64,000 bases of DNA from a virus. Below, piece by piece: positions 18,224-28,771 of this stretch; position 1 is the stretch's first letter, and the number at the start of each line of letters is the position of its first letter. Location of the stretch: the IMG/VR virus record IMGVR_UViG_3300031519_004559. One strand, 5' to 3'. A program made the translations under genes and the position numbers. The notes beneath the pieces are model-generated. The model was not told the origin of the DNA and searched no databases. It was given only the letters and a program-made list of their open reading frames with translations.

Positions 18224-19273
18224 ATGAGTTGGCCGATAAAACCTAATAAAGTAAGAAAAGTACAAATGGAAATTACAAATTATTGTAATGCAAGATGTTC
18301 TGCTTGTGCAAGAGAGAAAATTGTTTTAGGAAAATTAGAACCTAATATACTAGGCATAAATGACAACTATATAACATATGAACAATTTGTCAGTTGGTTT
18401 ACTAAAGATGATTGGTCAGAATTAAGACTGCTTGACTTCTGTGGTAACATAGACGAACCTACAACTAATCCTGATTTAGAAAAAATTATAAAGTGGATAC
18501 TAACATATGAAGGGTTTGATCCTAGGTTACAAATTAATATTGCTACTAATGGCGGAACACGTAATAAAGCATTTTGGAAAAACTTAGGACACCTATCTGC
18601 CAAATATACATCTCCCATAACGCGACAAAATGGAGGCATTAAACGCTTGCACGTTATTTGGGGTATAGACGGATTAGAGGATACTAATCATTTGTACAGA
18701 CGAAATGTAAAATGGGAGAAATTACAAGAAAATTTTAGAACCTATATTAAATATGGCGGAAGAGCAACTTGGCAATTTATATATTTTGCATGGAATGAAC
18801 ATCAAGACGAAGAAGTTAAACAGCGCAGTATTGACGAAGGATTTGAAAAACTAAAATGGCGTAATACAAAACGCGGTGATAGAGGCGAAACTAAACCTGC
18901 AAAAAAAGAACAATTTATAAAAGATAACAATAAACCAAAAGGAAAAATTGTTTGTAAAGCATGTTTTAGGCCAAACTACTTTGGTTTAGAAACAGGGTTG
19001 TTTGTTACTAATAAAGGACACGTTATGCCCTGTTGCTGGCTAGGCACAGAAGCAAAAATGAATGACGTATATAAAGACCATGGATACAAATACGACAAAA
19101 ATGATAATGTTCTAGATGGTAAAAAAAGTTTTGCAGATATTTTAAGTAGTGAATGGTATAGTAATATAATGAAAACTATTATGGCAGAAACTTGGGATGC
19201 CTGTGTATCACATTGCAAAGAAAATGCAGTAGAAGCAATCACTGACGACTGGAATATAAAACAAGATGATTAA
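18224..19273 (+). CDS. Radical SAM enzyme with twitch/SPASM domain (group A, #4)
   Basis: CNARCSAC; GNIDEP; WGIDG; PCC..CVSHC. Confidence 0.9.
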   Translation: MSWPIKPNKVRKVQMEITNYCNARCSACAREKIVLGKLEPNILGINDNYITYEQFVSWFTKDDWSELRLLDFCGNIDEPTTNPDLEKIIKWILTYEGFDPRLQINIATNGGTRNKAFWKNLGHLSAKYTSPITRQNGGIKRLHVIWGIDGLEDTNHLYRRNVKWEKLQENFRTYIKYGGRATWQFIYFAWNEHQDEEVKQRSIDEGFEKLKWRNTKRGDRGETKPAKKEQFIKDNNKPKGKIVCKACFRPNYFGLETGLFVTNKGHVMPCCWLGTEAKMNDVYKDHGYKYDKNDNVLDGKKSFADILSSEWYSNIMKTIMAETWDACVSHCKENAVEAITDDWNIKQDD

Positions 19274-19305
19274 ATCAGTAATTAAATTAATAAAACGGAT
19301 ACACG

Positions 19306-19312
19306 ATAAGTA
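19306..19312 (+). promoter_or_regulatory. Late promoter-like motif ATAAGTA
   Basis: Intergenic; 8 nt before ATG 19321; no Shine-Dalgarno in between. Confidence 0.45.
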
Positions 19313-19320
19313 CGTATATA

Positions 19321-20736
19321 ATGACAGATAAAACAAATAAATATCCATCAGACACATTTTGTTTATTACCGTGGGTGCATCTAAGCACTAGACCCGACGG
19401 TAGTATGCGAGTATGCTGTACTGCAAATGCTAGTAGTGTTGGAGCTACTAATGACAAAGAACACGGAGGCCAAGTCGGCATTCTTAAAACCGATGACGGT
19501 AAGCCTAACAATTTAAATGTTAGTGACTTTGAGTCAGCTTGGAATAGTACATATATGAAAAATGTACGTATGCAGATGCTCGCCGGAGAAAAGCCACCTA
19601 GCTGTTTAAAATGTTATAAAGAAGAAGCAGCCGGGCACCGAAGTAAACGTATGTGGGAAACAGATTATTGGGGCAAGCGAGTTGATCTTGATAAAATACT
19701 TTCTGATACACAACCTGACGGCGAAGTGCCGCCTAACTTAGCATACATTGATCTACGTTTTGGTACCAAATGTCAATTAGCGTGTGTTATGTGTAGCCCA
19801 CATGATAGCAGTGGCTGGATCAAAGATTATAAAAAGATCTTTCCTGAAGTAAAAAACGAATCCCTAAAAGAGATTATGCAATGGAAAGACAAAGGCAGCA
19901 CCAATGGTAGTAGCTACAACTGGCATAAACAAAACCCTACGTTTTGGAAACAGTTTTACGAGCAAATGCCTAGTATGCAACAGATATATTTTGCTGGCGG
20001 CGAAAGTCTTATCATTGAAGAACACTATGAAATACTTGAACATGCAATTAAAATGGGTTATGCAAAAGACTTAGAACTACGTTACAACTCAAACGGAGTT
20101 GAATGGAGAGAAGACTTATTTGAATTGTGGAAAGAATTCAAACTAGTACGTTTCCACTACAGTATAGACAGCATTAAAGAAATGAATGACTACATTCGTT
20201 ATCCTAGTACATGGAGTCGCCAAGAAGAAGTATTCCATCTGCTAGATACACAAACAAGTGATAACGTTGAAGTTACTATTGCGTGTGCAGTACAGGCATT
20301 AAATGTATATTACTTGCCAGATTTCATTCAATGGAAGCTAGAGCAAAAGTTTAAGAAAGTTAACATGTGGCCATTTGGTGCCGGCGGTATTAGTCAGCAC
20401 TTTGTATATTGGCCTGCACATTTAAATGTTAAAAGTTTGCCTGCAGATTTTAAAGCTAAGTGTAGAGCAAAATATGAAGCATGGTATCCTTGGTGGGAAG
20501 CAAACTGGGAGTTAGGTATTCCAGAATGGCACAAAGGTAAAGTAGAGTATGATACTTGGCGCAGTGCAGAGTACGGTATTAAACGGCTTAACGGCATTCT
20601 TAGCTTTATGGAAAGTGAAGACTGGAGCCAACGCTTGCCTGAGATGAAAGAGTTTTTAGGGTTGTGTGACAAGCAACGTGGAAATACTTTCGAAGAAACG
20701 TTTCCAGAAATGATTGAGATTTTTAAAGATGTCTAA
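19321..20736 (+). CDS. Radical SAM enzyme with N-terminal SPASM/twitch-like domain (group B, #1)
   Basis: N-terminal FCLLPW..PDG..VCC..CLKC; core CQLACVMC; FAGGE; YNSNG. Confidence 0.9.
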   Translation: MTDKTNKYPSDTFCLLPWVHLSTRPDGSMRVCCTANASSVGATNDKEHGGQVGILKTDDGKPNNLNVSDFESAWNSTYMKNVRMQMLAGEKPPSCLKCYKEEAAGHRSKRMWETDYWGKRVDLDKILSDTQPDGEVPPNLAYIDLRFGTKCQLACVMCSPHDSSGWIKDYKKIFPEVKNESLKEIMQWKDKGSTNGSSYNWHKQNPTFWKQFYEQMPSMQQIYFAGGESLIIEEHYEILEHAIKMGYAKDLELRYNSNGVEWREDLFELWKEFKLVRFHYSIDSIKEMNDYIRYPSTWSRQEEVFHLLDTQTSDNVEVTIACAVQALNVYYLPDFIQWKLEQKFKKVNMWPFGAGGISQHFVYWPAHLNVKSLPADFKAKCRAKYEAWYPWWEANWELGIPEWHKGKVEYDTWRSAEYGIKRLNGILSFMESEDWSQRLPEMKEFLGLCDKQRGNTFEETFPEMIEIFKDV

Positions 20737-22030
20737 GTTGCCATGTTACTATGCACACGGGGGACTAAATTATAAGAATGGTTTTGCAACCACGTGTCCT
20801 ATTAGCGGTGCCAGATTAAAAATGTTAGACGGCCAACTGCCTAGCGAATTTTGGAATAATGATAAATTTAAAGAATATCGAAAAAGTTTAGATAGGGGAG
20901 AATGGCCGAGTGATTGCAATCTATGTCAAATAGCTGAAGAAGTTGATAATACAAGAAGTATGCGCAATGATTATAAAGCTGATCTAAGTCACTACAATCC
21001 TGCAACAGGTGCTATAAAATTTACCGGGCTAAAGCATGTAGAACTTAGATTTAGTAATGCATGTAATATGGCATGCCTGCATTGTAGCGAAGTGTATAGT
21101 AGTCAATGGGGTAGCAGGCTTAAGAATTATGTTCCAGACGATATTGATGTCAAGTATAACTTAGAACAGTTAACACAGACTCAACACCGTAATGGCGACA
21201 ACGACACAACAAAAATAGATTTAAAAACAGCTGAAGCTATTAGGATAGCAACAGATTTAGTTGAAAATTTTCCTAATATTGAAAAAATAGATTTTGCTGG
21301 CGGCGAAGTTTTATATCAAAAACAGTTTTTCCCTACATTAGAAAAACTAGCAGAACATCCTAATGCAAAAAATATATTATTATTTTTTCATACTAATTTT
21401 AATGCAGATTTTGATGTTAATAGATTAAGCGAACTATTAGGAATGTTTGGTGAAAGCCAAATGAAAATAAGTGTTGATGCAGGGAAGAATATTTACAGTT
21501 ACTTTAGAGATGGTAAATGGTCTGTTTTGAATGAGAATTTAAAAAAGTTTAAACAGGTAAACAACTTTACTGTTGTTGACACAGTGGTTACAACAAGTAT
21601 ATACCAAATAATGGATATTGAAAATATAATGATGAGTTTATTAGAATTAGGAGTTGATTACATAACTTCAAGTATAGTGTTTGGTCCAAGCTATATTAAT
21701 CCTGCACTTATAATGCGTAAGTTCTCTGCAGAAGTACATGCAGATATTCATGAAACACGTATTCGGATTAATAAAGAACGTAGACGTAGACTATCGATTG
21801 CTGAATCTTATAGAACTTGGCATTCTGGTAGAAAGAATTTTTCTGATATCGAAAGCGCATTAAAGAGTCTTGATCTTATAGAAGCATATATCACTAGTCA
21901 TAAAACTACAGAGCATGACTGGGAAGGATTTTTACATTATTCAACCAGAATTGATAAACTATGGAACCAGAGATTTAATGACTCATTTGTTAAGTACAAA
22001 TTTAATAACAATGATCTTGTAAGGATATAA
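20729..22030 (+). CDS. Radical SAM enzyme with N-terminal SPASM/twitch-like domain (group B, #2)
   Basis: PCYY..TC..CNLC; core CNMACLHC; FAGGE. Start set to ATG 20729. Confidence 0.88.
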   Translation: MSKLPCYYAHGGLNYKNGFATTCPISGARLKMLDGQLPSEFWNNDKFKEYRKSLDRGEWPSDCNLCQIAEEVDNTRSMRNDYKADLSHYNPATGAIKFTGLKHVELRFSNACNMACLHCSEVYSSQWGSRLKNYVPDDIDVKYNLEQLTQTQHRNGDNDTTKIDLKTAEAIRIATDLVENFPNIEKIDFAGGEVLYQKQFFPTLEKLAEHPNAKNILLFFHTNFNADFDVNRLSELLGMFGESQMKISVDAGKNIYSYFRDGKWSVLNENLKKFKQVNNFTVVDTVVTTSIYQIMDIENIMMSLLELGVDYITSSIVFGPSYINPALIMRKFSAEVHADIHETRIRINKERRRRLSIAESYRTWHSGRKNFSDIESALKSLDLIEAYITSHKTTEHDWEGFLHYSTRIDKLWNQRFNDSFVKYKFNNNDLVRI

Positions 22031-22032
22031 CA

Positions 22033-23046
22033 GTGACAACGTATAAAGACCTCAGATATAACCCAACGTTTACTCCGTCAACTAAACTAGCACACGCTAA
22101 AGAAATTAAACTATGGCAAGATAGAATAACGGAGTTAGAGGACAACTGTAGTGAAACTGTGTTTGCTATCAATCTTTCATTATGCGATAAATCAACCAAA
22201 CGTAAAATTCAAGATAAAATGTCCAATGACACAATTCAACTAGTAATATCTCATCACGAAGAACAAATTAAAAAATTATTAAACAAAAATTCTAATATTG
22301 GAGATAGAGATCTATGTAATAAAGGATTGCATCTATACAAAGTTGACGGAGTAAAAATTCCATTAAACCCTGATTGGAAAAATATTGTTGTAATGTTAAG
22401 TGGTGGTGCTGATAGTGCATGTTTAACTTACACTCTGTGTAAACTTATAAAAAAACATAAGCTAAAGATCAGAGTACATGTTATGTCTGGTATTAGAGTT
22501 TGGAAAAATAGACCTTGGGCGTCTGATGTAAGTCAAAATGTTTATAACTATCTTAAGACTGCCTGGCCAAAAATAATAGGAGCCCGTCATTCATATTTTA
22601 TCCCGCAATATTTTGAACATGGCAATTTAGGAAATGCGTTCGATGGGCAATCGGGCGAAGCTATAATATTAACTCAATACATAGAATATCTATGCATTAC
22701 AGAAAAGTATGACGCAGTGTTTGACGCTACTACTGAAAATCCTCCTAACTATTCTGACAAAAGAATGGAAGCAAGAGATCCTGGATCATCACAAATATTA
22801 TTATCCGCACAAGAAACGTATTGGAAATTGGGTCCGCTGCAAACAACTAAAAAAGATTGGGTAATAAAACAATACAAAGATAATAACATACTTGATTTAT
22901 TAAAACTTACAAGAAGCTGCGAAGGCGAATTTGTAGGATTAGATCATACAACATATATACCAAGACAGCATGTTCCAGAATGTGGAGATTGTTTTTGGTG
23001 TAAAGAAAGAAGCTGGGCTTTGAAGGAGAATAACATTGAGCTTTGA
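22033..23046 (+). CDS. QueC-like PP-loop ATPase
   Basis: MLSGGADS PP-loop; TRSC..CGDCFWC zinc motif as in QueC; about 100 aa of extra N-terminus. Confidence 0.7.
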   Translation: MTTYKDLRYNPTFTPSTKLAHAKEIKLWQDRITELEDNCSETVFAINLSLCDKSTKRKIQDKMSNDTIQLVISHHEEQIKKLLNKNSNIGDRDLCNKGLHLYKVDGVKIPLNPDWKNIVVMLSGGADSACLTYTLCKLIKKHKLKIRVHVMSGIRVWKNRPWASDVSQNVYNYLKTAWPKIIGARHSYFIPQYFEHGNLGNAFDGQSGEAIILTQYIEYLCITEKYDAVFDATTENPPNYSDKRMEARDPGSSQILLSAQETYWKLGPLQTTKKDWVIKQYKDNNILDLLKLTRSCEGEFVGLDHTTYIPRQHVPECGDCFWCKERSWALKENNIEL

Positions 23047-24208
23047 TACCGTCGATTTAATTACCGGTAAAGTTTTTCAAGTAACATGGGATACTGGTAG
23101 ACGTTGCAATTATGATTGTAGTTATTGTCCAATTACTAGACATGACAATTTTAGTAAACATGCTACGTTAGATGAACTTAAAGCAAACACGAATTTTCTG
23201 TTTGAATATATTGATCTACATATGCAATATAGAGATTTTAAATTTACAAGTATAAGTTTTACAGGCGGTGAACCAACTGTTAATCCTAACTTCATTCCAT
23301 TTATTCAGTATTTAAAAAGTGAATATGAATCTAAGTATGCCGATCGTTGGAAGGCAAACTTTGCTCTTACAAGTAACGGTGCCATGGGCGAAAAGATGGC
23401 ACAAAAAGTTATGGAAAATATGCGACACATTACTGTAAGCTACCATGCTGAGAGTAACGAAAAACTTAAAAAACAAGTGCGTGATAGAATTCTACAGTTC
23501 CATACCGAAGGTCGAAAGCATGGATTAACATTAAGTGTTAATGTAATGTTTCATGCAGAACACTTTGACGAGTGTAAAGACTTGTGTAGCTTTTTAGATA
23601 CACATGGTGTAAAGTATGTTCCTAGAGTTATAGGCGAAGAAAAAGATAGCAGGGCTACCTTTGCCCACAAGTACAATGCCGATCAACTTCAGTACATGAA
23701 AGACCATTGGAACAAAAAGAATGCCAAATTAAATAATGAAAAAGAAGCCGCGGCAGTGTTAAGTGCTGTAGGACAAAAAACAACTGAAAAGAAAAAACTT
23801 GGTATGGCTGCTGGACGTCCTTGTTGTGGTAGTAGAGAAATGTGTTTGTCAAATAAAGGTGTTAGTCGTAATGCTACATTTGTTGACCTACGTGAATTTA
23901 AAGGTTGGAAGTGTAGTGTAAATTGGTTCTTCTTGCATTTAGAGCAGCAAACTGATAGCGTGTTCCATCATCAAACATGTCAGGCAAAATTTGACGGTAC
24001 TAGAGGACCAATAGGTAAAATAAGTGAAGGCAAAGCAATAATTGCAGACCTAAAGAAAATGTTAGAATCAAACTCTATGCCAACTATAACATGCCCACGA
24101 CAAACTTGCGGCTGTGGGTTATGTGCGCCTAAGAGTAAGTTTTCTAAAAATTATTTAGATGTAGTAAAAAATCACATAGATACATCAGTATTAAAAGAGA
24201 TAGAATGA
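23036..24208 (+). CDS. Radical SAM enzyme (group C, #1)
   Basis: CNYDCSYC; FTGGEP; TSNG; Cys-rich C-terminus (GWKC..C..CPRQTCGCGLC). Confidence 0.9.
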   Translation: MSFDTVDLITGKVFQVTWDTGRRCNYDCSYCPITRHDNFSKHATLDELKANTNFLFEYIDLHMQYRDFKFTSISFTGGEPTVNPNFIPFIQYLKSEYESKYADRWKANFALTSNGAMGEKMAQKVMENMRHITVSYHAESNEKLKKQVRDRILQFHTEGRKHGLTLSVNVMFHAEHFDECKDLCSFLDTHGVKYVPRVIGEEKDSRATFAHKYNADQLQYMKDHWNKKNAKLNNEKEAAAVLSAVGQKTTEKKKLGMAAGRPCCGSREMCLSNKGVSRNATFVDLREFKGWKCSVNWFFLHLEQQTDSVFHHQTCQAKFDGTRGPIGKISEGKAIIADLKKMLESNSMPTITCPRQTCGCGLCAPKSKFSKNYLDVVKNHIDTSVLKEIE

Positions 24209-24970
24209 ATGAAAGAACGTATTCTAATTTTAGGTGACAGTTTTGCAGTAGCATACGGTCGACTAGAACAATATGCCTGGGTATCTCAATTAGCAGAAAA
24301 GTTTGATGTAGACAACTATGCAGTAAGTGGATCAGGAGTTTACTGGAGTTATCTTAAATTTCTAGAACATTACCAAGATAATTATAGTCATATAATTTGG
24401 GTAGTATCAGATCCGATGCGAGGATATATTCCTGAGATTGCACATAAAGTTAATCAACCTCATGAGGAACACTTTAGCGCAAGTCATGGTCAAAGAGGCT
24501 GGAAACGTTTTAACCAATACCCTATTGAAGAACTAAGATATACTTATAAGCATGTTGACTCTTATTATGCATTGATAGACAAACAAAAAGAAAATATATC
24601 GTCTTATTTAATGGTAGCCGACGCAAAACAAAAACGTCCAGAGATGTTAGTTCTTTCCTGCTTTCCTGCTTTACTTGAACACGAGTTAGATAATGCAAGT
24701 AATGATGTTAGTATTTTTGCAAATACTGATTCGCTTTTTGATTTTCAATACAACGATGAATCCCATTGGATAACCTCTAACCAAATTAAGAGAAAACGAC
24801 TAGATAAAGCATTAGGGTTTAACGACGATAGAGTATGTCATTTTACAATAGAAAACAATAAGATGCTGTATACAAAAATGTTAACGTGGATCGATAATAA
24901 AAACTTTGAATTATCATTAGATGACTGGCAACAGCCAAAAGACGCATGTAATTTTTATTTAAACTATTAA
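24209..24970 (+). CDS. SGNH/GDSL-like protein
   Basis: ILGDSF block I, NYAVSGSG, C-terminal His. Confidence 0.6.
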   Translation: MKERILILGDSFAVAYGRLEQYAWVSQLAEKFDVDNYAVSGSGVYWSYLKFLEHYQDNYSHIIWVVSDPMRGYIPEIAHKVNQPHEEHFSASHGQRGWKRFNQYPIEELRYTYKHVDSYYALIDKQKENISSYLMVADAKQKRPEMLVLSCFPALLEHELDNASNDVSIFANTDSLFDFQYNDESHWITSNQIKRKRLDKALGFNDDRVCHFTIENNKMLYTKMLTWIDNKNFELSLDDWQQPKDACNFYLNY

Positions 24971-24988
24971 CAGCAATTGGGGAGTAAT

Positions 24989-26086
24989 ATGACAAAAAAG
25001 AAATACGCATGTCCTTTGCCGTTTAACCATATGGCAATTCGGCCTGATGGTCGTGTATTGCCTTGTTGTATATATAGATGGGCCGATGTACCAAGTGATT
25101 TAAATATCTTTCATAATGATCCATTAAATCATCCGTATATGAAAGACCTAAGAGAACAAATGCGCAATGATACTCCGGTAAGTGGATGTTCGTATTGCTA
25201 TAAAGACGAAGCACTAAACGGTCAAAGTATGCGTACTGAGATGTGGGACGACAGTGAAAAGTATGGGTTATCGAGTTTAGAAAATAATACTCCGCCTGAA
25301 TTGACTTATCTAGATTTAAGTATTAGTAACACTTGTAATAATAAATGTAGAATGTGTATGCCTGAACTTAGTACTTCTTGGTATGCTGATGCAAAGCAAC
25401 TAGGTTTAGAAATTCCTAAAGGTATTATTACTAACCCGTTAATTGAAAACGGTGATTTTAGTAAACTAAAGTATTTAAAATTACTAGGTGGTGAGCCGCT
25501 GTTAGAACAAGATAAACTTATCAAAATATTAAAACAATGCGATCTTCCTAATTTAAGAATAAATCTAATTACAAATACTACAGTTATACCTACTGAAGAA
25601 TTGCATAATCTGTTCACACAGTGTAAAAAAGTATCAGTTAGTTTAAGTATGGATGCAACTGGCGCATTAAATGAATTTTTAAGAAAAGGGTCTGAATGGG
25701 CTAAAACTGTTGAAACTGTAGATTGGTTTATATCTAATAACTATGATCTAAATGTACATAGTGTTGCTAGTATTTACAATGTAAACGTATTACATCAATT
25801 AAACAAGTTCTGTCAAAGTAAGAAGTTAATACAAAAATGTGTGTTAGTTGATGGCCCTGAGTATATGATGCCTAGGAATTTACCTGTTCAAGTTAAAGAA
25901 AAATTAAAAAAACGCTTGGAAAAAGATAAGAATGATGCTATAATAAACACAGTAATCAAAGAACTATCTACACCAGGAAATTTTGATGTGTTTGTAGAAA
26001 ACGATAATAAAATGAACGAATTAAGAAATGAACATTGGAAACATGCAAACCCTGAATTGTACAAACTACTAAGGGGTTATCTATGA
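24989..26086 (+). CDS. Radical SAM enzyme with N-terminal SPASM/twitch-like domain (group B, #3)
   Basis: ACPLPF..PDG..PCC..CSYC; core CNNKCRMC; LLGGEP. Start set to ATG 24989 (GGAG RBS). Confidence 0.9.
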   Translation: MTKKKYACPLPFNHMAIRPDGRVLPCCIYRWADVPSDLNIFHNDPLNHPYMKDLREQMRNDTPVSGCSYCYKDEALNGQSMRTEMWDDSEKYGLSSLENNTPPELTYLDLSISNTCNNKCRMCMPELSTSWYADAKQLGLEIPKGIITNPLIENGDFSKLKYLKLLGGEPLLEQDKLIKILKQCDLPNLRINLITNTTVIPTEELHNLFTQCKKVSVSLSMDATGALNEFLRKGSEWAKTVETVDWFISNNYDLNVHSVASIYNVNVLHQLNKFCQSKKLIQKCVLVDGPEYMMPRNLPVQVKEKLKKRLEKDKNDAIINTVIKELSTPGNFDVFVENDNKMNELRNEHWKHANPELYKLLRGYL

Positions 26087-27195
26087 CTGAAGATTTAAAA
26101 TGGAGTAATTATGATTTTTCAAAGATACCCTTTGACGACATCGTTAGTGTTGGTCAGCGTACTTTGTTGTACCGTGATTTATTTACTGTCAGCTGGCTAC
26201 TTGGCCGCTTCTGTAACTACAAATGTAGCTACTGTTGGCCTTACGCCCGCAGTGATCGTAAAGACCACCGACCTACCGAGCTCTGTCTCAAAACAATAGA
26301 TGAAATAAAAAGGCAAGCTAGGGAAAATAACTTTAACAGTTTTCACTTTAGTCTTAGCGGGGGAGAACCTACATTCCACCCAGGATATTTAGATATACTA
26401 AAACACCTAGCAGACGATGTAGAGAACACTAATTATACCAGTGTACACATGACAACAAACATGTCACGTAATATGAAGTGGCACAAAGAGTATGTAGAAG
26501 CAGTTAAGCCCTTTCATCGTGCTAGTATTACAGCAAGTTTGCACACAGAACATGTAAACAGCATTGAGAAGATGCAAGACTTTGCAGACAAATTAATCTT
26601 CTGTCAAGAGCATGACGTACAAGTTACAATTAATATGGTAATGGTACCAGACTGGTTTGAACGTGATTGGGAAAATGCATTGTTCTTTCACAAGCAAGGC
26701 ATAAACGTTACGCTAAAGCCCCAAAGCGACCCTACAGCAAGCCGAGTAGTAGACGGGTATACAAAGGACAACCTAAAGCGTTTGTACAACGGTATGCCGC
26801 AACGTGCGTACACAGAGAGCAAGCGTAAGTGGACAGGTAGGCCAAAGCCTACTTTTGGAATGCCTACAGATGTTGCAGGTAAGAATGATGCTAGTGTTCC
26901 ATGGCATATGCAAATTGAACTCGAAGACTCGAAGGGCGATAAGTACTATATGGACCAAGCAGAACGTTTTAATGCCTTTAATTTCAACAATTTTGAAGGA
27001 TGGCGGTGTAACGCCGGTTACAGTGGACTTATAATACGCGAGCCAGACGGTTCGGTAAAACGCAGTTATTCTTGTCACGATGCACCCCTTGGTAATATAG
27101 AAACAGGCTTTACTATATTTAAGACACCTAAGACGTGCATAACTAAGAGTTGTGTAAGCAGTGCTGACTCAAAGATACCAAAAAGGAAAGTGTAG
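26083..27195 (+). CDS. Radical SAM enzyme (group C, #2)
   Basis: CNYKCSYC; LSGGEP; GWRCNAG..C..CITKSC. Confidence 0.9.
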   Translation: MTEDLKWSNYDFSKIPFDDIVSVGQRTLLYRDLFTVSWLLGRFCNYKCSYCWPYARSDRKDHRPTELCLKTIDEIKRQARENNFNSFHFSLSGGEPTFHPGYLDILKHLADDVENTNYTSVHMTTNMSRNMKWHKEYVEAVKPFHRASITASLHTEHVNSIEKMQDFADKLIFCQEHDVQVTINMVMVPDWFERDWENALFFHKQGINVTLKPQSDPTASRVVDGYTKDNLKRLYNGMPQRAYTESKRKWTGRPKPTFGMPTDVAGKNDASVPWHMQIELEDSKGDKYYMDQAERFNAFNFNNFEGWRCNAGYSGLIIREPDGSVKRSYSCHDAPLGNIETGFTIFKTPKTCITKSCVSSADSKIPKRKV

Positions 27196-27201
27196 GGAAA
27201 T

Positions 27202-28023
27202 ATGAAATTATTATGTGACAACTGGTGCGCCGAATACGATATTAAATTAAAAGGCATGCCCGAAGATGAACTTATTGATATATTTCAAGATATTTACAAA
27301 CACCTTGTATTAAACTTCCGTGATCAAGATCTAGATGAAGCAGAGTTGTTGCGCATTAGCGAAGTAATAGGCAGTGTGCAAAAACAAGATCCTAAAGATG
27401 CTCAACGTGCTTACGGAGGCAGCGGTGATGTATGGGCAGGCGAAGGTATACTTAGAGTAGGCGGAGATGAGTTAACAGGCAAGCCTAGTTTGTTTAGTCA
27501 CAAACACGACTTAGACTGGCATGCTAATCAACCTAGTAATCCTATTCGTAAAAAATTAATTTGGTTATACGCACTTACAGGTACAGCAGGCAGTAGAACA
27601 AGTTGGTTAAACAATGCATGGGCATATCAAGACTTGCCAAAAGATGTTAAATTGCAACTTGAAGATCTAAATGTTATCTGCGGATACAAAGCAGGACGTT
27701 ACAGTGACACGCCGCTGTTTAAGGATCATTTAGATATAGACAATCCTGTAAAACTTATACAAAGTTTTGGTAACCATAAGGGTATCTTTTTTCCGTTCTA
27801 TCAAATATTTGAAGTAGTAGGATATTCAGAAAAAGAAAGCCAAGACCTTATTGAATATTTACAAAATCATATTCTTAACGAAAAATATATGTATCATCAT
27901 GATTGGAAAGACGGTGATTTAAACGTAGCAGAACAAGTAGTGACTATACATAAACGCTGGCACTTCGAGCATATGGGAACACGTATATTATGGAGGGTAG
28001 CAAGTGGCCACGAGCATCTGTAA
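27202..28023 (+). CDS. TauD/TfdA-family dioxygenase-like protein
   Basis: LVLNFRDQDL, WHAN (variant of HxD), HDWKDGD, IHKR, RILWR. Confidence 0.8.
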   Translation: MKLLCDNWCAEYDIKLKGMPEDELIDIFQDIYKHLVLNFRDQDLDEAELLRISEVIGSVQKQDPKDAQRAYGGSGDVWAGEGILRVGGDELTGKPSLFSHKHDLDWHANQPSNPIRKKLIWLYALTGTAGSRTSWLNNAWAYQDLPKDVKLQLEDLNVICGYKAGRYSDTPLFKDHLDIDNPVKLIQSFGNHKGIFFPFYQIFEVVGYSEKESQDLIEYLQNHILNEKYMYHHDWKDGDLNVAEQVVTIHKRWHFEHMGTRILWRVASGHEHL

Positions 28024-28771
28024 TGCTATATTAGAGCAGAGTACCGCAGTGCGTACTTATGCACTTCCTGAAGTAAACACCGCTGTACGGGCTTTAAAAT
28101 GCGACTTAGACGCCATTAATCCGTACACTACTAACATAAAACAATGGTTAAAACCTGTAATTGATCTCGAAGACTTCTATGTGTATCCTACAAATGGAAT
28201 CACTGAAGGTTTAAATTGGTGGATGGCTAACGAGACTCGTAGCATATATATGGATGACGGTGACTATCAATGGGTAGTGCAACGTGGCAGTCAGTATGAT
28301 AACTGCATAAAGTATATGAGTTCTCCTGCATGTAAAGACGGCAACTTTAAAGAAGTTCCAACACATACGCCCATAGCATTAGATTTAGCATATGTAGGAA
28401 GTACTATTGCACAGCCAATTGAAATAAGTGACAACGTAGAATATGTATTCTATAGTCTAAGTAAAGCATTCGGGTTACGTAATGTTCGCACAGGCTGGAT
28501 CTTTACACGACGCCCTGATCAAAGGTTGGAAGCTATAACGCACAGTGCCAAATATTATAATTACTTTGCTCACAATGTTGCTGAAACAGTTATAAATAAA
28601 TTTGATATAGAATACATTTGGCGCAATAGAGAATTTAGACAACATCATATTTGTAGAGAATATGAATTTACACCCAGTGATAGTGTGTGGCTAGCAACTA
28701 CTAACAATCCTGCTTATGATAAATTTAAAAGAGACGGGGTAAATAGGGTATGCCTAGTACCATCCTTTTAG
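28004..28771 (+). CDS. PLP-dependent (fold type I) aminotransferase/decarboxylase-like protein
   Basis: NGITEG, DLAY, YSLSKAFGL..RTGW PLP-lysine motif. Confidence 0.75.
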   Translation: MATSICNAILEQSTAVRTYALPEVNTAVRALKCDLDAINPYTTNIKQWLKPVIDLEDFYVYPTNGITEGLNWWMANETRSIYMDDGDYQWVVQRGSQYDNCIKYMSSPACKDGNFKEVPTHTPIALDLAYVGSTIAQPIEISDNVEYVFYSLSKAFGLRNVRTGWIFTRRPDQRLEAITHSAKYYNYFAHNVAETVINKFDIEYIWRNREFRQHHICREYEFTPSDSVWLATTNNPAYDKFKRDGVNRVCLVPSF

